NCBI GenBank assembly: GCA_035473115.1
Contig: DATION010000004.1
Span: forward strand, 33,126-97,125
DNA: 64,000 bases
Reading direction: 5' to 3'
Source: Candidatus Udaeobacter sp.
GTDB taxonomy: Bacteria > Patescibacteriota > Patescibacteriia > Magasanikbacterales > GWA2-37-8
Shown piece by piece: positions 19,600 to 27,998 of the stretch. Both the position numbers and the translations under genes were made by a program. Under the pieces are notes generated by a model, which was not told the DNA's origin, did not search any database, and saw only the letters and a list, made by a program, of their open reading frames with translations. How positions within the stretch are numbered: position 1 is the first letter of the stretch; each line of letters opens with the position of its first letter.

Positions 19600-20322
19600 T
19601 TAAAGCTGTTGCAAAGCTTTGCTGGCATCATTTATAAATTGTACCACAGTTTCTTTGGTGCGGGCAGAAACAAGGCACTTAGCCAAGACTTCCGGAGGAA
19701 CGGTAAGGATATGAGCTCCGCTTTTTCCCCACAAATCTACATTTTCCGGTGTGCGTACAGAACCGACGATAATTTCTATATTTTTATAATTATGAAAATC
19801 CAACCACTGCCTGACATCTTCGAGAACTTTCTGCGCCTGTTCTACGCCATGCTCTTCGGAAACTCTGCCGGCAAAAATACTGATAAAATGAGTCTTTCTG
19901 ACACTTGTCTTAGCCAAACCGGCATTAATGGCTTTGGCTGCCAAGATTGCCTGATTAAAGGTCATCATTGCGGTAACATTGACCGAAATCCCTTCACTTA
20001 CCAATCGGTTAATAACCGGCAAAAGCGATCCGCCGTTTCTGTCTGTAATAGTAACCTTTACGGAAATATTATCGGCCCAAGCATTATATTTTCTGGCTTG
20101 AGTAAAAATTTCATCGGCATTATCTGTAGTTACCTCTACGCTTAAAGGCTGCGGTGCGATCAGACGGGCAATTTCTATAGATCTTTGCTTCATACCTTCT
20201 TCACCGCCGGTAACGCCAGATTTTAAACAAATAGTAGGATTGGTAGTAACTCCGTCGCAAATTCCCCACCCTAAGTATTTTTCCACTTCTTTGGTTTCGG
20301 CACTGTCGATAAATATTTTCAT
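19600..20322 (-). CDS. tal: transaldolase (Tal/FSA short subfamily)
   Basis: MKIFIDSAETKEVEKYLGWGICDGVTTNPT... with the Schiff-base Lys context VKVTI. Length is 240 aa. Confidence 0.75.
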   Translation of the reverse strand: MKIFIDSAETKEVEKYLGWGICDGVTTNPTICLKSGVTGGEEGMKQRSIEIARLIAPQPLSVEVTTDNADEIFTQARKYNAWADNISVKVTITDRNGGSLLPVINRLVSEGISVNVTAMMTFNQAILAAKAINAGLAKTSVRKTHFISIFAGRVSEEHGVEQAQKVLEDVRQWLDFHNYKNIEIIVGSVRTPENVDLWGKSGAHILTVPPEVLAKCLVSARTKETVVQFINDASKALQQL

Positions 20323-20391
20323 AGGATATGTAAGTAAAAACTAAATAATATGTAATGGTACGATAGGCTGTATCAATAAAACTGTCAAGAA

Positions 20392-21129
20392 TTAATCCTG
20401 TACTGTGGATTTTATTTTTTTCAAATACTCTTCTACTTCTTTATATTTATCAATTGTGTCAATTCCCTTAGTGTAGTCTTTGCATTCATAACTATAGAAT
20501 TTTTTACCCTTACTTACCACATCAGGCAAGAGCTGTTTACCAAGCTCATAAAAAGTATTGTCCGGAACATAATCTAAAATCTCTTTTTTTAAAACAAATA
20601 CGCCTTTCATGCGGTAAGCGTTTGGATATGTTTGACTATGCGGCTTGGCATGTATTTTAAGATAACTGCCGTCGGCGGCCAATTCAGCCACATCTGCATC
20701 AGCGTAATCATCTGTTTTTTGCATTCTTTGCATACCAATCGCGTCCGGATGTTTAGTAAATTCTGCGATCATCTGAGAATAATCCATCAGACTTAGCATA
20801 TCGCCATAGATAAGAAAAAAATATTTATCCAGCATGTCAGAAAAATTTTTCACCCCACCAGCTGTACCCAAAATTTCTTTCTCCTGAAAATAATTTATTT
20901 TTACACCCCACTTAGCTCCATCGCCAAAATAATCTCGGATAACATCCGGCAAATAATAAAGATTTATAAAAAATTCGGTCACGCCATGTTTTTTAAATTG
21001 TTCTATATTCCACTCCAATAGAGGTTTGCCCAACAAAGGTATCATTGGTTTTGGCATGGTGTCGGTAATCGGTCGCAAACGTGTACCCAGACCAGCGCAA
21101 AGTATTACTGCTTGTTTTATGTTAGGCAT
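20392..21129 (-). CDS. hddC: sugar-1-phosphate nucleotidyltransferase, D-glycero-D-manno-heptose 1-phosphate guanylyltransferase-like
   Basis: AVILCAGLGTRLRPITDTMPKPM N-terminal NTP_transferase motif. Length is 245 aa. It sits in an operon with gmhB, gmhA and hddA. Confidence 0.6.
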   Translation of the reverse strand: MPNIKQAVILCAGLGTRLRPITDTMPKPMIPLLGKPLLEWNIEQFKKHGVTEFFINLYYLPDVIRDYFGDGAKWGVKINYFQEKEILGTAGGVKNFSDMLDKYFFLIYGDMLSLMDYSQMIAEFTKHPDAIGMQRMQKTDDYADADVAELAADGSYLKIHAKPHSQTYPNAYRMKGVFVLKKEILDYVPDNTFYELGKQLLPDVVSKGKKFYSYECKDYTKGIDTIDKYKEVEEYLKKIKSTVQD

Positions 21130-21135
21130 ATATTA

Positions 21136-21747
21136 TTAAAAATTATTGGCTGCAACTACTTTAGCCATTTGCAATAAATTTTTTACAGTAAAATCAGGTT
21201 TAATGTCTTTGTATTTTTCATCGAGACGCGCATGGCCTGGACCGGTTTTTACTAAAATTGTTTTCAATCCGGCTTTCTTGCCAGCCACCACATCTATCAA
21301 AGCATCTCCGACCATAAAACTTTTTTTCGGATTTATATTTAATTTTTTTAACCCTTTTAAAATCATTCCCGGTCTTGGCTTACGACAATGGCAACGCAAA
21401 CGATATTTTGGCATGGTTGCTTCCGGATGATGCGGACAAAAATATATGGCGTCTACTTTAGCGCCTTTACCGCCTAATCTTTCGATTAAAACCGCATGAA
21501 TATTATCAATCTCTTTTGGCCCGACAATTCCCCGTGCCACCACCGGCTGATTGGTAACTACAACTACCAAAAAACCTAATTTATTTAACAGACCAATAGC
21601 CTGTGCCGCGCCAGGAAGTAATTTCAACTCTTCTACTGAATGCATCAGTTCTACCTGTTTAATTATAGTGCCGTCTCTATCCAAAAAAACAGCCTTGCGG
21701 CCGGACTTAAGCTTTTTTTTTGGCTTTATTGACCTAGTAGCAATCAT
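21136..21747 (-). CDS. gmhB: D,D-heptose 1,7-bisphosphate phosphatase (HAD superfamily)
   Basis: Start trimmed to the ATG at 21747, which forms an ATGA overlap with the gmhA stop. VFLDRDGT HAD motif I and a CPHHPEATMPKYRLRCHCRKP zinc-binding loop typical of GmhB. Confidence 0.75.
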   Translation of the reverse strand: MIATRSIKPKKKLKSGRKAVFLDRDGTIIKQVELMHSVEELKLLPGAAQAIGLLNKLGFLVVVVTNQPVVARGIVGPKEIDNIHAVLIERLGGKGAKVDAIYFCPHHPEATMPKYRLRCHCRKPRPGMILKGLKKLNINPKKSFMVGDALIDVVAGKKAGLKTILVKTGPGHARLDEKYKDIKPDFTVKNLLQMAKVVAANNF

Positions 21748-22313
21748 AATCGCGCCAGCAAATTTATCAATAAATGATTGACTACCAATTGATAATCTTC
21801 GGTATGAGGAGTTACCATAGTTTCTTCTACTGTCGGCACTACCAAACAAGCATCAGCGATTTGAGCAGCCACACCACTAGATCTGCCAACTACTGCCAAA
21901 ATTCTGGCTCCCACAACTTTGGCATATTCCATAGCTTTCACTAAATTACCGGAAATATTTTGCGTGCCGCCGTTGACTGAAAAAATAAACAGGCAATCTT
22001 TGGCGGTAAGGTTATGCATTTCTAACTGTCGTTTAAAAACCGAATCCCAACCCTCGTCGTTTGCTAAAGCAGAAAATAAACCAACATTATCACTCAAACA
22101 AAAAGTAGAAATTTTAGCAATTTTATTAAAATCATTAGTCGCATGTGAAGCTGATGAGCCGCCTCCGCCTATACCCAAAAAGAATACTCTGCCTTTTAAC
22201 TCCCTGGTAATAGCTAAAATATCAGCCATCTTTTCTAAATGCTCACGACTACATTCATTGGCGATTTGAGCTGTTCTTTTTAGATATTGATCAATAAATT
22301 GATGCTTATCCAT
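21744..22313 (-). CDS. gmhA: phosphoheptose (sedoheptulose-7-phosphate) isomerase, SIS domain
   Basis: 189 aa. VFFLGIGGGGSSASHATNDF...SVNGGTQNI SIS-domain signatures of GmhA. Confidence 0.8.
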   Translation of the reverse strand: MDKHQFIDQYLKRTAQIANECSREHLEKMADILAITRELKGRVFFLGIGGGGSSASHATNDFNKIAKISTFCLSDNVGLFSALANDEGWDSVFKRQLEMHNLTAKDCLFIFSVNGGTQNISGNLVKAMEYAKVVGARILAVVGRSSGVAAQIADACLVVPTVEETMVTPHTEDYQLVVNHLLINLLARL

Positions 22314-22543
22314 ATTCGAAATGAGTGAGGGGAATAATTAAATGTATTTAATTATTGCCGAACGAATGAGATTATATGGGCAAAGCCCATATAATATTAA
22401 ATCAAAGAATAATTACTTACTTTTTCATTGTTAGTATAACTATTTCTTATAAAAAATGTCAACAGTAACAGTAAATTTTCTTAAATTAATAACGCTCGGC
22501 CATCTTTTGGACAACCGAGCGAAACTACTCCTTACTAAATTAA

Positions 22544-23455
22544 TTACTGCTTATTCCAGTTCTCTTGGAGCTGCTGCCAGAGCCAACCGACCAGATCGGG
22601 CGCCCCAGCAATAAAGCCGATGCCACCCTCTTTAGTACGATTACTACGATTGTAACTCGGCAAATCCGGCTCCACAAGCGGAACAAGCAATCCACCACGG
22701 TAGTGGTAGTACTGGACTTTACCTCCAGCCGCTTCGATAATTGTGGCCGACGCCCAATCCCACGGCCACTGATGGGGCTGAACAATAGCTTCTGCCCGAC
22801 CAGCGGCGACCATAGCTACGCCAAGCCCACAGGATCCGGCGACAACTGCCGTCTCCACAGTCTTCGCGACCTCATGTTGAAACTTCTGGAAATGAGGCCT
22901 CTTGAGCACATCCACTCCATATAGAACAGTGGACTTCTCTACTGGACGTTCCACCACCCTAGCTGGCTGAGCAGTATGATATGACCCATCCGTCACAAAC
23001 ACACCTTGCCCCTTCTCACCAAAAACCAAAAACCCATTTCGGATATCAGGAGCAAAAATAGCTCCACCCTGATGCTGTCCGTCCTGTATCCAATTCGCAA
23101 CAACACTCCAATCGAAGCGATTGCGATAAGCACCGGCAGTTCCATCCACCGCATCAAGAACGAATACGGTCCCTGGCTGCTTGATCTGACCGAGATTGCC
23201 ATTCAGGATCAGGTCAGGCCCCTGGCATTCCTCTTCGGCAAGAAAAAACGCGCCTGGAAAATTAGAACGGAGTTCGGAAAGAAGCATAGCCTGACTATTC
23301 CCATCAGCCTCAGTACTAATCGAATGATGACTTCCGCCAGGCTCACCGTCTTTTACCTTAGCATTAACACCTTGAGCCAAAACCTCTTTGACCATAGCCC
23401 CTGCCATAGCAACTGCGGTAGAAAGAACATGCACCTGACGAGAAAAGTTTGACAT
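22544..23455 (-). CDS. inositol monophosphatase/CysQ-family phosphatase (compositionally foreign, high-GC gene)
   Basis: 303 aa. FVLDAVDGT (DPIDGT-type) and WDWASATIIEAAGG (WDxAAG-type) motifs. Local GC is roughly 52% against about 35% in the flanks. It has its own SD (AAGGAG) and a TTGACT promoter. Confidence 0.6.
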   Translation of the reverse strand: MSNFSRQVHVLSTAVAMAGAMVKEVLAQGVNAKVKDGEPGGSHHSISTEADGNSQAMLLSELRSNFPGAFFLAEEECQGPDLILNGNLGQIKQPGTVFVLDAVDGTAGAYRNRFDWSVVANWIQDGQHQGGAIFAPDIRNGFLVFGEKGQGVFVTDGSYHTAQPARVVERPVEKSTVLYGVDVLKRPHFQKFQHEVAKTVETAVVAGSCGLGVAMVAAGRAEAIVQPHQWPWDWASATIIEAAGGKVQYYHYRGGLLVPLVEPDLPSYNRSNRTKEGGIGFIAGAPDLVGWLWQQLQENWNKQ

Positions 23456-23640
23456 GACTTGCTCCTTTAGTTGTTGATCGTGGAATTAACTCACTCCATC
23501 ACTATTCCAAAAATTTTTCGAAATATTAACAGTGCGAGTGTTGACCAGAACCAACTTGATATGGCTGAAAAACTTCTTTCTACTTTATCTTCCGACCAGC
23601 ATGGGTCAGAAAGACATGATAACTTATAACAAATAAACAA

Positions 23641-23672
23641 AAAAGTCAAGGATACATCCTCGACTTTTTTGT
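23641..23672. terminator. hairpin terminator after the oxidoreductase gene (overlaps the -35 region of the islet-1 promoter)
   Basis: AAAAAAGTCAAGGATACATCCTCGACTTTTTT. An imperfect 9-bp stem flanked by an A-run and a T-run. Confidence 0.5.
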
Positions 23673-23681
23673 TTAGCAAAA

Positions 23682-24719
23682 TTAAAAAGTAATTATTTTT
23701 TTCTTTTTAGACGAAGCGTATAAATCTTCTACTAATTTATTTGCCATCATTCCATCATAGCCATTGCCAATTGGTTCAGTTTTACTAACTATAGCTTGAC
23801 GAAAATTTTTCCATTCTTCTTGCCAAGAAATATCTACATCATACAAAAATTCTTGCTCAACCGGACGGACTCCCAGTTTTTTTCTCCGGCCAATTATTAA
23901 TTTTTCTTGGCCATAACTGCCGCCTTTTCCTTCAATGTTAAGATAGCCCTTTTTGCCAAAAACGTCAATTACAAATTTATTTCTCCATTGAGTGGCGCTC
24001 ACATGCATCTGCGCTACCTGGCCGCTTTTTGCCCGCAAAGTACAGAAAGCGTTATCTTCTAGTTTTGATTTATTCCAAAACATATTTTCGCAAAAAGCTG
24101 CGCCTTCTTTGAATTCACCCAAAAACCAGCGAAATAAATCCAGCATATGCACTCCCTGATCTAATAATTCTCCGCCGCCGGATAATTTTTTGTTCATCCG
24201 CCATTCCAGATCATAACCTTTTCTGGCACCGTGGCCATAAACAGCTCGCATATACATTAGCTCACCAATAGCGCCGCTTTTGACTAAATCGTGGGCCTTC
24301 TTGATCGCAGCGTGAAAACGGTGATTAAAACCAACTTTTAACACCACTTTATTTTTTCTGGCTGCCAGATAAACTTGCCTGGCCTCTTGATAATTAATTC
24401 CCAAAGGCTTTTCGCACAAAACATTTTTTTTATTGCGTATTGCTTCTAAACATAACCCAGCCGCCGCGCTATTGATAGTAGCGATAATTACCGTGTCTAT
24501 TTTTTTATTTTTAAAAATTTCTTCACTGCTACTAGCAACGGAAGCGCCATATTCTTTGGCCAAAGCCAAACTTCTTTCCGGGCTAACATCAAAAACAGAG
24601 ACGAATTTGTCTTTTTTTAAATCTCGAATAACTCTCGCTCTTTTTGCGCCAATATACCCGGCACCGATAATCCCGACATTCATATTATTTGGTAATTTCC
24701 TTAAAATATTTATTATCAA
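23682..24719 (-). CDS. Gfo/Idh/MocA-family NAD(P)-dependent sugar oxidoreductase
   Basis: VGIIGAGYIGAKRARVI Rossmann motif, EKPL motif and a C-terminal alpha/beta domain. Length is 345 aa. Confidence 0.7.
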   Translation of the reverse strand: MIINILRKLPNNMNVGIIGAGYIGAKRARVIRDLKKDKFVSVFDVSPERSLALAKEYGASVASSSEEIFKNKKIDTVIIATINSAAAGLCLEAIRNKKNVLCEKPLGINYQEARQVYLAARKNKVVLKVGFNHRFHAAIKKAHDLVKSGAIGELMYMRAVYGHGARKGYDLEWRMNKKLSGGGELLDQGVHMLDLFRWFLGEFKEGAAFCENMFWNKSKLEDNAFCTLRAKSGQVAQMHVSATQWRNKFVIDVFGKKGYLNIEGKGGSYGQEKLIIGRRKKLGVRPVEQEFLYDVDISWQEEWKNFRQAIVSKTEPIGNGYDGMMANKLVEDLYASSKKKKIITF

Positions 24720-25533
24720 TCCGACGCAAAGTAAATTCCTGAGAATTATTTATTCTTTCTACTTCCGCTTTGTCCCATTCTTTCCACTTATCCCATTTAG
24801 CGCTGATTAATTTACCCGTTAAACTAGTTGAGATGAAAAACATAATTAAGTCAGCGGCCAGCTGAGGCGAATCTCCGCCTTCCTGTTTTTGTTGAAGAAT
24901 TTTTTCATAAAAATCTTTACCTACCGCTTCCTGGCCCGCGGCCAATGATTCTTCTAATAATTTTGTATTTACCGCCCCCGGAGCAACCGCATTAACTTGT
25001 ATGCCATATTCTTTGTATTCTACAGCCAAATTTTCGGTAAAACGAACTATAGCTGCTTTTGAGGTAGCATAAGCAGAAAAATGCGGAAAACTGTTTACTG
25101 CGCCGCCGCCGGAAAAATTAATTATCTTGCCTGATTTATTTTTTGTCATTATCGGCAAAACAGCATGCGCGCAATTTACCGTACCCAACAAATTTATCTG
25201 CAAAGCTTCGGACCATTTCTTAATGTCATTATCGCCAAACAAACCAATCGGTCCATACACACCCGCGGCATTTACCAAAATATCAATGGTGCCAAACTTT
25301 TTTATTACTCCGCTCATCAACTTTTGTACCTGTTTATAATCAGAAACATCAACTGCTTTAATCTCGATACTAAAACCGTTTTTTTTGATTTCTTCTTTTA
25401 ATACTTCTAACTCCTGCTTTGATCTGGAAGCTGCAATTACCTTAACACCTTGAGCAGCCAAAGTTTGCGCTATCACTTTGCCAATCCCTCGGCCTCCACC
25501 GGTAACAATTGCAATTTTATCTTTTAAATTCAT
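24685..25533 (-). CDS. short-chain dehydrogenase/reductase (SDR) with C-terminal extension
   Basis: IAIVTGGGRGIGKVIAQTLA (TGxxxGIG), NAAG motif and YATSKAAI (YxxxK). Length is 282 aa. Confidence 0.7.
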   Translation of the reverse strand: MNLKDKIAIVTGGGRGIGKVIAQTLAAQGVKVIAASRSKQELEVLKEEIKKNGFSIEIKAVDVSDYKQVQKLMSGVIKKFGTIDILVNAAGVYGPIGLFGDNDIKKWSEALQINLLGTVNCAHAVLPIMTKNKSGKIINFSGGGAVNSFPHFSAYATSKAAIVRFTENLAVEYKEYGIQVNAVAPGAVNTKLLEESLAAGQEAVGKDFYEKILQQKQEGGDSPQLAADLIMFFISTSLTGKLISAKWDKWKEWDKAEVERINNSQEFTLRRIDNKYFKEITK

Positions 25534-25685
25534 AAGCGAAATGAGTGAATAAAATATTTAGCTTGCTAGAATATTTTTGAGCGAATGAGTTTATATACTA
25601 ACGAAGCGAGTAAAAAGTATGTTTACATACTTTTTCGAGCAAGTACAGTAAATATGGAACATATATAGGCTTTAGCTTCTATATA

Positions 25686-26996
25686 TTATTTAGTTTTAAA
25701 ACCTATTCCATAATAAGCAATACTGCTATTTTTAATAGCATCTACCGGTAAAAAATTTTTACAGTCTATAATTGCTGCTTTGCCGGCTAATTTCTTAACT
25801 TTGGCAAAATCCAGATCTTTAAATTCCGGCCAATCAGTGGCCAGCAAGACTACATCAGCGTCGGCAATCGCGCTATAGGCATCAGCATAAATTTTTATCC
25901 CAGCCATACCTTTGACCGCAGAGACAACTTTGGGATCATATGCTTTAACTTTGGCTCCGCCAGCCAATAATTTTTTGGCTATCTCCAAAGACATAGAGCG
26001 GCGCAAAGTGCTAGTGCCGGGCTTGTAGGTTAAACCTAAGATAGCAATTTTTTTATTCTTTAGCGGACCGATAATATTTTTTATCTTATTTATTACTTTT
26101 GCTTGCCGACTATTATTAATCTCTCCGGTCGCATTTATGATTTGAGTTTTTACTTTTTTTGCTTTACCCAAATCGCTTAAAATAGCAATATCGCGCCCCA
26201 AGGTTCCACCCGCGTAGCCAATACCCGGGCTAAGGAATGCTCGTTGGCCAATACGGCCATCGGCCTTTAAGCCTTCAACTACTTTTCTGACATCAGCTCC
26301 AACCAATTCGCAGATATCGGCAATTTCATTTATAAAACTTATTGACATTGCCAAAAAAGAGTTGGTAGCATGCTTTACCATTTCGGCGCTTTCCAAATCC
26401 ATATATATTTTTACCCCACCAATCACCTGATAAAAATTCTCTATGGCCGGTTTTATAGATTCGTCTTCCAAACCAATAATTACTCTGTCCGGTTCTAAAA
26501 ATTTTTTGATAGCTTGGCCAAGCATTAAGTTCTCGGGGTTATATACTATAGTACATTTCATTTTTGGATTACGCTGCAAAATAAATTTTTTGATATCGCG
26601 GCAAGTACCAACTTTCACTTGGCTCATAATAATAACCACGCAGTCACTAGCGGCATATTGAGCAATTTTTTCACAGGCTTTATATATAACCGAAGCATCC
26701 GGTCTGTCTTTGTCGTCTACCGGAGTATCAAAACCAATAAAAATAAATTTTTTATCCGCCAAAGCATCTTTAAAATCAACCGTAAAATCAAGCCGACCAC
26801 TGGCCTGATTTTTTTCAATTAATTCTGCCAAACCAGGTTCAAATAATGGCGGCTTGTTTTGCTTCAAATCGGCAATTACTTTTTTATCAAAATCAACACC
26901 GGTCACAGTACAACCAACTTCGGCCAAACTAGCCGAAGCAGTACAGCCCAGATGCCACAGACCAATTACCGCCACTTTTGTTGAAGTCATACTCAT
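25686..26996 (-). CDS. UDP-glucose/GDP-mannose dehydrogenase-family protein, divergent paralogue lacking the catalytic Cys
   Basis: Start trimmed to avoid overlap with hddA. The family fold is clear: the central PGIGYAGGTLGRD aligns to the canonical PGFGFGGSCFPKD, and there is a C-terminal UDP-binding domain. The nucleophile Cys is replaced by Leu, and the N-terminal motif reads GLWHLG. Confidence 0.6.
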   Translation of the reverse strand: MSMTSTKVAVIGLWHLGCTASASLAEVGCTVTGVDFDKKVIADLKQNKPPLFEPGLAELIEKNQASGRLDFTVDFKDALADKKFIFIGFDTPVDDKDRPDASVIYKACEKIAQYAASDCVVIIMSQVKVGTCRDIKKFILQRNPKMKCTIVYNPENLMLGQAIKKFLEPDRVIIGLEDESIKPAIENFYQVIGGVKIYMDLESAEMVKHATNSFLAMSISFINEIADICELVGADVRKVVEGLKADGRIGQRAFLSPGIGYAGGTLGRDIAILSDLGKAKKVKTQIINATGEINNSRQAKVINKIKNIIGPLKNKKIAILGLTYKPGTSTLRRSMSLEIAKKLLAGGAKVKAYDPKVVSAVKGMAGIKIYADAYSAIADADVVLLATDWPEFKDLDFAKVKKLAGKAAIIDCKNFLPVDAIKNSSIAYYGIGFKTK

Positions 26997-27000
26997 TAAA

Positions 27001-27987
27001 TTAAAAATCAACCATTGTTTTTGCGCCTTCCAGTTCAAATCTAAACGACATCTCTCTCAAACCATTTTCTTTCATAGCTTCCCGTATTCCCTTTTTATCA
27101 CTCGGACAATAAAATAACAAAAATCCGCCGCCGCCAGCTCCCATAATCTTACCGCCCAGTGCGCCGCGTTCTTTAGCCAAAGAATAAAGCATATCTATCT
27201 TTGGATCAGACATTTTGGTTGACATTGTCTTTTTTACCCGCCAATGTTCATCCATCAAGCGGCCAAAATTATCCAGATTTCCCTGCTCAATAGAATTTTT
27301 AATTTCCAAACCAATATCTTTTATCTGCAGTAAAGATTTGGTCACATCGCTCTGCTCTGTTTTGGCGGCAGCGCTCTGTTCTCCCAAAATACTCATGGCA
27401 TCACGAGAAATACCGGTATAAAATATCATTAATTTGCTTTGCAATTCTTCTACTGTCTCACGCGCCACAGCAGCATTAGAAACCTTTACCGCGCCATTTT
27501 TATCTATATCCATTATAGTAAACCCGCCAAATGCAGCCAAATATTGATCTTGTTTGCCTACCGGCTTGTGCAACAAATCAATCTCAATATGACAAGCTTC
27601 TTCAGCTAATTCTTGCACGCCGGAACCTTTGCGCGTTAAAGTTTGCAGACCTTTTAAAAGACCAACCAAATACGAACCTGATGAACCCATGCCAGTGCCT
27701 TCGGGTACATCAGCCATAGATATAATTTCGATACTGTCTTTTATCCCATAATATTCCAAAGCGGCCTTGGCCAATTGATGCTGAACTTGAGCCACATTTT
27801 CGACAATCTCTGTTCGAGAATATTTAATACGCACTAAAGAATCTATGACCGGCCGATTAATGGCCACATACATATACTTATCAATGGCTGCGCTAAACAA
27901 GAAACCTCCATGTTGGCTATAAAAATTTGGCAGGTCAGTACCGCCGCCGCCAAGTGGAATTCTAAATGGTGTTCGGGTAAAAATCAT
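27001..27987 (-). CDS. hddA: GHMP-family sugar kinase, D-glycero-alpha-D-manno-heptose 7-phosphate kinase-like
   Basis: 328 aa. PFRIPLGGGGTDLP and GMGSSGS GHMP motifs. It sits next to the gmhA/gmhB/hddC operon. Confidence 0.65.
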   Translation of the reverse strand: MIFTRTPFRIPLGGGGTDLPNFYSQHGGFLFSAAIDKYMYVAINRPVIDSLVRIKYSRTEIVENVAQVQHQLAKAALEYYGIKDSIEIISMADVPEGTGMGSSGSYLVGLLKGLQTLTRKGSGVQELAEEACHIEIDLLHKPVGKQDQYLAAFGGFTIMDIDKNGAVKVSNAAVARETVEELQSKLMIFYTGISRDAMSILGEQSAAAKTEQSDVTKSLLQIKDIGLEIKNSIEQGNLDNFGRLMDEHWRVKKTMSTKMSDPKIDMLYSLAKERGALGGKIMGAGGGGFLLFYCPSDKKGIREAMKENGLREMSFRFELEGAKTMVDF

Positions 27988-27998
27988 ACGCTTTTACT

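Noticed and set aside
21748-21849. N-terminal 34-codon extension of gmhB. Similar extensions occur at 26997-27038 (ugd-like), 13054-13176 (membrane protein), 43503-43559 (rfbG) and 51700-51810 (kinase-like 2)
   Set aside because: The longest-ORF starts would overlap the upstream gene by 40-120 nt. Internal ATGs give 4-10 nt spacing or ATGA overlaps consistent with the rest of the locus, so starts were trimmed.
22540-23452. 81-, 119- and 148-aa ORFs overlapping the IMPase-family gene
   Set aside because: They are antisense or out-of-frame within a clear 303-aa homologous CDS, and they lack ribosome-binding sites.
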